This document shows, piece by piece, positions 32,083 to 41,090 of a stretch of DNA of 64,000 bases. Both the position numbers and the translations under genes were made by a program. Location: assembly GCA_029866025.1 (NCBI GenBank), contig JARXAD010000001.1:143361-207360 (forward strand), written 5' to 3'. Under the pieces are notes generated by a model that saw only the letters and a program-made list of their open reading frames with translations, was not told where the DNA came from and made no database searches. Position 1 is the first letter of the stretch. Each line of letters begins with the position of its first letter. This DNA comes from Vampirovibrionales bacterium (GTDB lineage: Bacteria; Cyanobacteriota; Vampirovibrionia; Vampirovibrionales; Vampirovibrionaceae).

Positions 32083-32556
32083 TTAACGGTACTTCACCAA
32101 AATTTCGTTACCGCTTACGTAGCCCAACTCGTTACGAATGAGGGCTTGCTGCCCCTGAGGGCTGCCATAATAGCGAATGGCACTGGCCAGCTGGTGTTGC
32201 TTGGTAGCGGCAGCATCATGGTACGCCACAATGTGAGAGGCTTCTTGGGATAAGAGTAAAATATCACTGAGATTCTCAATCAAAGCCCGGCTGAGTTGCA
32301 GAAGGCCGAACCCTAAAAAAATCAGCATGCTAACTTGACCGGCCCAAGCCAAGCGCGAAGGCTTGCGGGGCGATAATTGACGGACGCGCTGCTGGCGAGG
32401 ATCTTCTTGTGGCTGCGATTGCAGAGGCTCACTGTAAGGCAGTGGCGTCAATAAGGCGTCTTCTAATGGAGGAAAGGAGTGTGGCTGGGCAGCGTAAGCT
32501 GGCAACGCTGCTGCGTTGGTTCGGTATCGCTGTGATTGCCGTTGGGGCAATGCCAT
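32083..32556 (-). CDS. Septum formation initiator (FtsB/DivIC-like)
   Basis: Single TM, coiled coil, and C-terminal ALIRNELGYVSGNEILV resembling the AR..LG.V..GE motif. Confidence 0.65.
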   Translation of the reverse strand: MALPQRQSQRYRTNAAALPAYAAQPHSFPPLEDALLTPLPYSEPLQSQPQEDPRQQRVRQLSPRKPSRLAWAGQVSMLIFLGFGLLQLSRALIENLSDILLLSQEASHIVAYHDAAATKQHQLASAIRYYGSPQGQQALIRNELGYVSGNEILVKYR

Positions 32557-32771
32557 GAGCCAAAAACCTCTCTATCACCTTAAAGCCAAATCGCTTACGA
32601 GAAAGTGCTTCAATTTGTTAATAAATTATAACGATCTCAAGCAAAAAAGGGGAGCTTTCTGGGTTTTTTCGCTGAAAATCCGTTCATAATGCTTAATGTT
32701 TATTCATCTGTTTGTAGTGTATTTTGGGAAGGGCGATTGGGTTTTTTGGGCTTTTACCATCGCATCCTGTT

Positions 32772-32808
32772 AAAAAAGCGCCCCCAGAGAATGATCCAAG
32801 GGCGCTTT
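32772..32808 (-). terminator. Rho-independent terminator after the phosphorylase
   Basis: Minus strand AAAGCGCCC…GGGCGCTTTTTT. Confidence 0.75.
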
Positions 32809-32826
32809 AAAAGAGGCTTTTAGACC

Positions 32827-34653
32827 TTAAACAGCAGCCAATACAGGCTCTAACGGCAGTGCCGTGTGTTGAAATGCGTGAGGTGTGAGCACGCCGTACA
32901 AACGTTGATAGTATTCCAGCACCATGCGGTGGGTGTTGAATTGGCTTTCCGCCGTTTCTTTGGCACGCCATACCCACTGTTGCCACTGGGTGGTGTCATT
33001 CCAGTACGTGGGAATCACCATGGTTTCTAACACATTGCGTAACGCTTGGTAGTCGGCTTCATCTTGCTCTTCATCACTGGTGTAGGTTTTTTCACCGGGA
33101 TTGATAAGGAATCCGTTGATGCCATGGAAGGTACCTTCTACCGACCAGCCATCGTGGGTGGTGCAATGCAGCGAACCATTGAGGTTGGCCGACACGCCGG
33201 AGGTGCCACTGGCTTCCAGGGGGCGACGGGGCGTATTAAGCCACACATCGCTCATCAGCTTTAGTTCTTTGCTTAGGGCTAATTCGTAGTTGGGCAGCAC
33301 CGCCACGTTGGGGTGCTTTTCGGCAAAGCGCAACCACTCTTCAAAGCCTTCGCGGCCACTGGTATCACGGGGGTGAAATTTACCGGCAACGAGGATCTGG
33401 ATTTTCTTCTCGCCCAGCCACTGTTCAATGAGGGCTTGATCGCGCAATACCAAGGTAGAGCGCTTATAGCCTGTAAAACGGCGGGCCCATACCAATGTAA
33501 GTACGTTGGGATCTAGCTGTTTGCCAGTTTTTAAATTTACGTCTGCCAATAATTGGGATTTGATAGCTTGTTTGGCCTGCCAAAATTCTGCGGGGGTGGT
33601 GGCGGCCTTTAGGCGGGTATCTTGCCAATAAGGTTGGTTAACGCCATTGGTAATAGCGCTAATGGGGCAGCGCCCTTCCACGTGTTGCCACATGCGGTTG
33701 GCCACATCGCCATGCAACTGAGAGACTCCATTGGCCCAGCGAGACAGGCGTAAGGCGGCTTCGGTTAGGGAGAAGGGCTCCCCACCAATGCGGCGGGCTT
33801 CTTCCAGAGGCGTATCTACAAAAAATCCGGCTTCAGCCAACAAGTGGGCTTCATGCACTTCGTTACCAGCGGGTACAGGGGTGTGGGTGGTAAACACCAC
33901 CTGGTCGCGCACCACGGTGCGGTTGCCGCCATTCTCTTTCAGTAGTTCAAAGGCCAAGGGCAAGGCATGGCCTTCGTTCATGTGGTACACATCCACATCC
34001 CAACCCAAGGCACGCAGGGCTCGAACACCGCCAACGCCCAAAATAATTTCTTGAGCCACGCGGGCACGCTCGTCACCCCCGTACAAAATATCGCACCACT
34101 GTTGTTCTTCTTCTGTATTCTCTGGGGTGTTGGAAGATAGGAACAAGGTTGGAACTGTCCCGAAGGTGTTGGGTTCCAATAAGTAAATTTTTAGCACCAC
34201 GTCATTATTAAAGATGCGAACGGAAACGGTTTTGCCAGTATCGGTGAGGCAATTGAGGGAACGTTCCTGATAATCCACTTGAATGGTGTTGTTTTCAAAT
34301 CGTTGTTCGCCATACCCGTAGCGCCACAACAAGCTAATGGCCACCATGGGTACTCCCAATTCGTGGGCCGAACGCAAATGCCCCCCCGCCAAGTACCCCA
34401 ACCCACCCGAATACGTGTAGAGGGACTGATCAATGGCGAGCTCCATACAAAAATAGGCCACTCGTGGCATCCCACTGTTAAGGCCCGCTGGCATGGGATT
34501 GTTTAAAACAGCTGCTGTAGAGGAAGAAAAAGACATTGAGGAAGACACTCCATAAGACACAGTGGAAGATGAGTCCGACGAGGCAGAGGCCAAGGACGGT
34601 GGTAACGAAGGCGATGAGAGCCAGCTAAGAAAAAATGGGGGTTTAAATGTCAT
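32827..34653 (-). CDS. glgP: Short-type alpha-glucan phosphorylase (GT35) lacking the canonical PLP lysine
   Basis: VAYFCMELA, YSGGLG, HMNEGH, FTTHTP, ITNGV, ARRFTGYKR and EASGTSGVS. The true start is probably downstream (ATG 34536 or later). Confidence 0.9.
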   Translation of the reverse strand: MTFKPPFFLSWLSSPSLPPSLASASSDSSSTVSYGVSSSMSFSSSTAAVLNNPMPAGLNSGMPRVAYFCMELAIDQSLYTYSGGLGYLAGGHLRSAHELGVPMVAISLLWRYGYGEQRFENNTIQVDYQERSLNCLTDTGKTVSVRIFNNDVVLKIYLLEPNTFGTVPTLFLSSNTPENTEEEQQWCDILYGGDERARVAQEIILGVGGVRALRALGWDVDVYHMNEGHALPLAFELLKENGGNRTVVRDQVVFTTHTPVPAGNEVHEAHLLAEAGFFVDTPLEEARRIGGEPFSLTEAALRLSRWANGVSQLHGDVANRMWQHVEGRCPISAITNGVNQPYWQDTRLKAATTPAEFWQAKQAIKSQLLADVNLKTGKQLDPNVLTLVWARRFTGYKRSTLVLRDQALIEQWLGEKKIQILVAGKFHPRDTSGREGFEEWLRFAEKHPNVAVLPNYELALSKELKLMSDVWLNTPRRPLEASGTSGVSANLNGSLHCTTHDGWSVEGTFHGINGFLINPGEKTYTSDEEQDEADYQALRNVLETMVIPTYWNDTTQWQQWVWRAKETAESQFNTHRMVLEYYQRLYGVLTPHAFQHTALPLEPVLAAV

Positions 34654-34735
34654 AACCAGAAGAGACCATTCTATCGATAGGAAGAATCATTCTAAACAAG
34701 ATACCCCTCATAACGCCATCATGGCAAAAGGATTT

Positions 34736-36982
34736 TTAGTGAATTGCGGCTTCTTCCACCCAGTGTTGGGTTTCTAGCGATTTTGGGGTGTGGCGAAAAC
34801 GCTGGCATTGCTGAATCGCCAAGGTCATACCCTCCAACGCGCCCCACTGCTCAAGGGAGACCGGTAACTTTTGGCACCAATTCGGGTGTTCATCCACAGT
34901 GCCCGGCATATTGGCCTGAGAGGCTTCTCCCATCAGGTCTTCCAATTGCATCACCAACAACTGGCAAGGCGATTGGGCTAAAAACCCTTCGACTGCAGCC
35001 GCCAAGGCTGGGCTCCAAGTGTCTGGAACGCGGGTATCATTCCATAAGCCAGCCGCATGCAAGGCGTTGATGAGCTGTTGCTTTTCTTCTGGGCGACGGG
35101 CGTGATCACGTTGGTACATGTCTTCGCTGGGGTATAGATGAAGTCCTTGGCGCGTTTCAATATCGTGAGCGTTCCAAAAGCCTGCCAGTGTAGGTAAGTC
35201 ATGGGTGCTAAAGGCTGCCAGGGCTTGTCCAGAGTAATGCTGGGGTAATACAAATCTTTCATCGCTAGCCCGTTCAAATAGCATCAGTTTGTAGGATAAG
35301 ATGCCCCATCGCTCAAAGGCATGGCCAATTTCAGGGGGTACCGTGCCCAAATCTTCGCCAATAACCACACACTGGTTTCGGTGACTTTCCAGCGCCACCA
35401 GTGCCATCAATAGTTCTAGCGGGTATTGTACGTAGGTCCCTTCAACGCCGGTTTTCCCTTGGGGAATCCAGAACAGACGCATCAAACTCATGGCATGATC
35501 AATGCGAATGGCCCCCATCAAACTCATATTGGCTTTCAGTAGTTCAATAAAGGGCTCGTACTGTTGCTGGGCTAACACATCGGGCCGCCATGCTGGCAAG
35601 CCCCAGTTTTGGCCCAATAGGTTACAGGCATCAGGGGGGCAGCCCACCGACATCTCACGAGTAATCAATGACGGGTTTGCCCACACATCAAAGCCAGAAC
35701 TATCACTGCCCACGGCTAAATCGCCATAAATGCCCACACTCATACCGCTGGCGCGTGCTGCGTGTTGAGCAGCGTTGAGTTGTTCCCAGGCTAAAAATTG
35801 GGCGTATTCTGCAGCACGGATACGGGTGGCATAGCGTTCACCAAAGGCCTGTATTTCAGGCGTGTTGGGCGATTGATACCCTGGTGGCCATTGCCACCAG
35901 CAGGTAATGTGGCCGGCATCTGCATCCATCACCTCACTCAACACTTGAAATAAAGCAAACTGCCACAAGGATGGACCTTGCTCATTGCAAAAGGCTTCAA
36001 AAGCGGCATGACGCTGAGGATGCTGTGTTCGGTAGCTGGAAGACGTAAAGGTATCAAACAGAGCTACCAACAGACGTTGATGCCACGGCGTATACTGTTC
36101 GTAAGGCACACGATCACTGGATTGCCACTCCGCCCGTTGGGCCGAAGCTTGATTCCACACTGTTTGAGCCGCAATGCTATGACCCCATTCAGGGGTTTTG
36201 GTTGCATCAATATACAAGGTATTTAAAAAACGACGGCTGGACGGAGAATAAGGGCTAATATGACCAGGCCGAGAGGGGAACAAGGCGTGCATAGGGTTTA
36301 AGCCAATAAGATTCGCTCCACGTTGCCCTAGCCAGGTGGCGGCATTGGCCAAGTCGCCTAAAGTGCCTATGCCGGCATTGGTGGCCGACCGCTGTGCGTA
36401 CAGCTGCAAGGCCACACCCCAGGACCGAACCGGATTGGGGTTGTAGCACCGATTGGGAGTCCGAATCACTTTTGCCGTGGCTACACGATGTTCAGCAGCA
36501 AGGGTTAATTGATGATACCCCCATGGTAGCTCATGGCGCATGGCTGGGGGTAGTGTTAACTGGTGTTCCGCAATCACTTCCCCCGATGGTAAGGTATGGG
36601 TGGGCAAACCATCAAAATAGCTTACCGACCAATGACCTTGACATACAGGGCCACGTTCGGTTGTGAGAGACCAAGCCACAGTTGTACAGTCCTTGGGAAG
36701 GCGAACCGAGAGACACTCCGTGTCATCTCGCACGACCAGAACCGAAGGAGTGAGCTGTCCCCAGAGCGTATGCTGTTGGGCCTCCATGCAGCGGGTTGCT
36801 TCGTCATCACTGGTGGGGCAAATGCCCATCACTGCCAAAATGGCTTGAAGGGTTTCTAGTGGGGCAAATACAGCGTTACCAAACACATCGGTGTAATGGG
36901 TATCAATGCCATAGGCGGCTGCTAGCGCTTGCCATGCCTGGGTGGAAAGAGCGTTTGTAGGACAAAGAGTCGGGGAGGTCAT
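34736..36982 (-). CDS. malQ: 4-alpha-glucanotransferase (amylomaltase, GH77)
   Basis: SPYSPSSRRFLN, GDLAVG, GQNWG, catalytic RIDH, IGEDLG and STHDLPT, and NMPGT. Confidence 0.96.
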   Translation of the reverse strand: MTSPTLCPTNALSTQAWQALAAAYGIDTHYTDVFGNAVFAPLETLQAILAVMGICPTSDDEATRCMEAQQHTLWGQLTPSVLVVRDDTECLSVRLPKDCTTVAWSLTTERGPVCQGHWSVSYFDGLPTHTLPSGEVIAEHQLTLPPAMRHELPWGYHQLTLAAEHRVATAKVIRTPNRCYNPNPVRSWGVALQLYAQRSATNAGIGTLGDLANAATWLGQRGANLIGLNPMHALFPSRPGHISPYSPSSRRFLNTLYIDATKTPEWGHSIAAQTVWNQASAQRAEWQSSDRVPYEQYTPWHQRLLVALFDTFTSSSYRTQHPQRHAAFEAFCNEQGPSLWQFALFQVLSEVMDADAGHITCWWQWPPGYQSPNTPEIQAFGERYATRIRAAEYAQFLAWEQLNAAQHAARASGMSVGIYGDLAVGSDSSGFDVWANPSLITREMSVGCPPDACNLLGQNWGLPAWRPDVLAQQQYEPFIELLKANMSLMGAIRIDHAMSLMRLFWIPQGKTGVEGTYVQYPLELLMALVALESHRNQCVVIGEDLGTVPPEIGHAFERWGILSYKLMLFERASDERFVLPQHYSGQALAAFSTHDLPTLAGFWNAHDIETRQGLHLYPSEDMYQRDHARRPEEKQQLINALHAAGLWNDTRVPDTWSPALAAAVEGFLAQSPCQLLVMQLEDLMGEASQANMPGTVDEHPNWCQKLPVSLEQWGALEGMTLAIQQCQRFRHTPKSLETQHWVEEAAIH

Positions 36983-37114
36983 AACGTGCCTTTAGCGCAA
37001 CACAACAGCAATGATGCGGCCTTAAGAACAACGATTGGCCGCCCAACAACTGGCGTTTAGAGTATCACAAGGTACAACGGCGCGCAGGTGTGGCCAAAGC
37101 CAATCGCTTAGGCG

Positions 37115-39484
37115 TTATACTGCCGGATGAAAGCGTTCAAATTCAGCGCGCAGTTGATTCAACGACGGCCGCTCCCCTTTGGGTTTGTTTGACAACAAAT
37201 TGAGGAAGCTGGGGAAATAGTATTCAGCCAATATTTTGTAGGGGTCGTGTTCAATAGAAACGTATTTATATGCGTTCATTCTCATATTTAGTAAGGAATC
37301 TTTATCGGTTAACGCATTGGCACCCGGTTCGGTTGCTTTTTTGTAAGCCCTATCCATAAGTTGATAAAAAGATTGGTTCACTTCGTTGTATTCCGCTGTC
37401 TCTTGCTCGGTTAGGGTCGCTTCGCGATCGGGCAACGAATATTGTAAGGTTCCGGCGTTTAGCGCCAAGGTTTCTTTTTGGGTAAGGTCTAATAACTTGT
37501 TTAAAGAGCTACGATACACAGGCATGTTGCTCATTTTCATTAGCAATGCCGTTGGGCCGTATTCCCGCAAAATATAATCGGCCCTGTTCCCCACCGGTAA
37601 ATCTTTATCGGCCAATGACCACGCCAACCCATCCGTGGCAACAGCCAGCGGAATGGAAAACATTTTGAGTGCCTTTAATTGAGAAATGCCAAAGGGCTCA
37701 TACAAGCTGGGGTGAATAATAAAATCGGCTGCTGCATTCAATCGGTCATCGCCATTTTGAGTATACGGTGCCATCGGCATCCAAAAACGGCCTTTTATGG
37801 CAGGGTTACTGCTAAGTTTTTTAACCCATTCTGCTAACCCTGCAATACGACCACTTCCGGCAATGGCTAACTGGGCTTTGGGGTGCTGCAATAAAAACGC
37901 TTCCGCTTCTTTCATCAGCAAGTGAAAGCCTTTTTGGTACGGGTCTAAACGGGCTACCCACGTGTATAAAACAGCATCCGGATCTTCGTTTAAGTAGTTA
38001 TCAACAAACTTTTTTGGCCCCTTGTCTTGGTTATATGAAACCCCTGCTTTTTGCATGGCTTGAGTCCATCGCTGAAAAGCTACTTTATTGGCTTTTTTAA
38101 ACGCCAGTAATTCGGGAGCCATTTGTACGCGGATGGGAGACTCTTGCTCTTTAGGGCTGTTAACTAATTGCGTTAATAACGCCGCTTTAGAAAAAGGCTT
38201 AAATTCAATGGGGCCAACGCCCGCAACCGTTGGCTCGGTGGCATGTGTTGTTAGGTATTCTGCCCCTTCAGGGGTCATGCTTTCATCAATAAAATGGTGC
38301 ATATCGTAGGCATAATCTGCTTTAAACAGTTTTTTTAATCCTGATAAAAAAGCACCCCCGCGTGAAAAATTACTGCCGGTAATGGTGGATAGAAAATTAT
38401 GGTTGACAATGACGCTATCAGCCAAGCTTAAGCCAAGGGTAAAATATTCGGTAAAGGTTTTGGTTAACGATTGAAGCGCCGTAGGCAAAGGAAAAATACG
38501 AGACAGCCATGATGTGTATTGAGTATCGGAGTAGGTGTTGTGCAAATAAAACATAGATTTATAATTGCCCAATACTTTTTTTAGCGGCAATGCTAAAAAG
38601 GGCGCTGCTGGCCAGTCATTGGCAATGGCAATATCCACGCCGTTAGGAAAAGGAATTTGAAACGTAGATCCCTTTGGCAAGGGCTTTTGGCCCGTTAAGT
38701 AGGGCAACACTTTATAAATAGCATTGTTAAATAGAAGCAAACTATCTTTTTTAGTGCTTTGGGCCTTGGGGTGAGAATCTTCATGCTTTTTGTCAACGTC
38801 GTCAATTTTATAGGCGTAAAATACACTATCAAAACGACGCGTGTAAAAATCATTTCCCAAAGTATATTCATTGGGATTTGCCTTGGATTGCTTTAGGTTA
38901 AAAAAGGCTTTTTTGGCATATTTATCAACAAATTGCTCTTGACGCTCTTTGTTGGGAATCAGCCTAGAGACAGCGATTAAAAGGGTGTTCAGCCAATACC
39001 GATCAGGCACACCCACAGTAACGCCTGTATCCACCCAATCCGCTTTTTTGTTGTTATTACTGTCCTTTAAATATTTGCTGGTTTCAGGAGTAATGACCAC
39101 CACGTTGGCAGGGGTGTTTTTTACCATCGAGCGAACCACAAAACCGGTGACGTCACCCAGCCCACCCGTTTTATCCACAGCCCCTTCGGGAGACACCCAT
39201 AAAATTTGCAGAGGCTGGTTGGTGCGTTTGGGGTAGTGCTCGTTGATAAGTTTTTGCAGAGGCTGATAAATGGGGCTGTTCACGTTTTTAAGGGCGACGG
39301 TGGATGCAAAGCGAACGCCGGGAGAAATTTTTTGATGATGACTTAGTTGAATGGAGTCTTTTAGGGCTGAAGGCAAATTGGAGATACTGGAGCCAAAAGG
39401 CATGAGCCCAGCACCACTCACCCAAGAATGATGGGCCGATGTGACATGACGTTTCAGGGGTGGTGATGAGGTAACCCCGAGCAT
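37115..39484 (-). CDS. Divergent glycogen/starch synthase-like glycosyltransferase (GT5)
   Basis: KTGGLGDV, NDW, LHN, ARLDPYQKG and PSLYEPFGISQL; long N-terminal extension and inserts; AT-richer than its neighbours. Confidence 0.85.
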   Translation of the reverse strand: MLGVTSSPPLKRHVTSAHHSWVSGAGLMPFGSSISNLPSALKDSIQLSHHQKISPGVRFASTVALKNVNSPIYQPLQKLINEHYPKRTNQPLQILWVSPEGAVDKTGGLGDVTGFVVRSMVKNTPANVVVITPETSKYLKDSNNNKKADWVDTGVTVGVPDRYWLNTLLIAVSRLIPNKERQEQFVDKYAKKAFFNLKQSKANPNEYTLGNDFYTRRFDSVFYAYKIDDVDKKHEDSHPKAQSTKKDSLLLFNNAIYKVLPYLTGQKPLPKGSTFQIPFPNGVDIAIANDWPAAPFLALPLKKVLGNYKSMFYLHNTYSDTQYTSWLSRIFPLPTALQSLTKTFTEYFTLGLSLADSVIVNHNFLSTITGSNFSRGGAFLSGLKKLFKADYAYDMHHFIDESMTPEGAEYLTTHATEPTVAGVGPIEFKPFSKAALLTQLVNSPKEQESPIRVQMAPELLAFKKANKVAFQRWTQAMQKAGVSYNQDKGPKKFVDNYLNEDPDAVLYTWVARLDPYQKGFHLLMKEAEAFLLQHPKAQLAIAGSGRIAGLAEWVKKLSSNPAIKGRFWMPMAPYTQNGDDRLNAAADFIIHPSLYEPFGISQLKALKMFSIPLAVATDGLAWSLADKDLPVGNRADYILREYGPTALLMKMSNMPVYRSSLNKLLDLTQKETLALNAGTLQYSLPDREATLTEQETAEYNEVNQSFYQLMDRAYKKATEPGANALTDKDSLLNMRMNAYKYVSIEHDPYKILAEYYFPSFLNLLSNKPKGERPSLNQLRAEFERFHPAV

Positions 39485-39532
39485 ACAGTGGACTCTTTAC
39501 AACATAAGGAAGGAATGGAACGGAAATAGAAA

Positions 39533-40984
39533 TTAAGAAGCGGTTTGGACAGAAGCGGGGGGGCTCCACTGAAACCGCTGCAACAGGGTAAAGGCGAGTA
39601 GCATGGCCCCAGCGCCTAATAAAAAGGCCATATCTTCATGGGCATGAAAGTGGCTAATCAGGGGACCCACCAACACGCTGCACAGCACACCGGGTGCGGC
39701 CACAAAAATGTTAAATACGCCCATCAAAATACCTTCTTGGCCTTTAGGAACATCGCGCGCCACCATGGTAAAGGGTAGTGATAAGGTGGTGGCCCAGCCA
39801 ATACCCATCAAGGCCATAAAGCTTAGGGTCCAGCCCGGTTGCTGTAATAAAGACAAACCAATGAGTGAAATTGCCATTAGTAACAGTGCTATGGAATGCA
39901 CCGCTTTGGGGCCGAATTGTCGGCTCCAGCCGTTCATCCACGGGGCTGCTAAAAAGCATATGCCATTGAGAGCCGCAAATCCCAAGGAGGCCCACTGAAC
40001 CCCTTGTTGATACACAGCCGAGGCTGAATCCGTGGCGCCAAAGACGGCTTTAGGTACGTGAACAGAAAAGAAAATAAACAAACACATCAGCCCAAACCAC
40101 GTGGCACTGTGGGCTAGGCACAACCACCACTGGTTGGGAGTCAGCTGGCAGCCTTGCACAATGCTGGCCCAGATGGGTTTTTGAACTGCTTCGTCGCTTT
40201 TTGACATTTTCGTCAAAGGTTCTTCAGGGGTCGTGAGTATGGTTAAGCCCATAAACAAAACCATCACGGCAGCGCCCAGGTAAAACAGGGTGGAAACATT
40301 GGTGAGGGCAAAGCCAATCAAAAACGCTGCAATGGAGCCTAAGCCAATGGTTAAACTCATCAGCGAAAAAGTCTGGGTTTGCTTGAAGGTATCAAACACA
40401 TCGGGCACCAAGGCACGATAAGGCCCTTGGGTAATGTTAATGCTGGCATCCAACACCCACAGCAATAGGGCTGCTATCAGTAGCCCAAAGGGGAAGGCCT
40501 CAATCGCAGAGGCTTCCATACCCAATTGGCCTAAAACAGGGCTTACCCATGTGGCTACGGCCGTGCCAATACCCGCTGCGTTGGGCATTAATATAAGACT
40601 ACACGCTACCAATAAGGTACCAAGCACTAAAAACGGTCGACGCCGCCCCCAGGTGCTGGCATGACGATCGCTTAATACGCCCACAATGGGTTGAACCAAC
40701 ACGCCGGTGACGGGGCCTGCGGCCCAAATCAAACTGGTCAGCCACGGCACGGAACCCAAACGCTCTAACAGAGGGCTGACTTGCCCCATTTGCAAGGCCC
40801 AGGCAAATTGAATGCCCAAAAAGCCAAGGGCCACCATCCACGGATGTGCGGATGCCAGCAACGCCTTACCCACAGTAGGAGATGCTTTGCCAAAAGGCGT
40901 TACAGGCTGAACACCAGCGCCCAGGGTGTTACGCTCATCAACAGAAGAGGAGTCAGAAGCAGAGAAAACAGTGGGAATGGCCAT
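39533..40984 (-). CDS. MFS sugar/H+ symporter, SUC/SLC45-like (maltose/sucrose type)
   Basis: GIQFAWALQ, GPVTGVLVQPIVGVLSDR, GRRRPF and DASINITQGPYRALVPD; about 12 TMs. Confidence 0.9.
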   Translation of the reverse strand: MAIPTVFSASDSSSVDERNTLGAGVQPVTPFGKASPTVGKALLASAHPWMVALGFLGIQFAWALQMGQVSPLLERLGSVPWLTSLIWAAGPVTGVLVQPIVGVLSDRHASTWGRRRPFLVLGTLLVACSLILMPNAAGIGTAVATWVSPVLGQLGMEASAIEAFPFGLLIAALLLWVLDASINITQGPYRALVPDVFDTFKQTQTFSLMSLTIGLGSIAAFLIGFALTNVSTLFYLGAAVMVLFMGLTILTTPEEPLTKMSKSDEAVQKPIWASIVQGCQLTPNQWWLCLAHSATWFGLMCLFIFFSVHVPKAVFGATDSASAVYQQGVQWASLGFAALNGICFLAAPWMNGWSRQFGPKAVHSIALLLMAISLIGLSLLQQPGWTLSFMALMGIGWATTLSLPFTMVARDVPKGQEGILMGVFNIFVAAPGVLCSVLVGPLISHFHAHEDMAFLLGAGAMLLAFTLLQRFQWSPPASVQTAS

Positions 40985-41090
40985 GAGGAGTAACCTTTTT
41001 TAATCCAATGGGGGGCAGTATGCCGAGAGCCGTTTTATAGGAAGGGTAGCAATATTCCAACCATAGTAACGAGAGTACCTTAAATAACTT

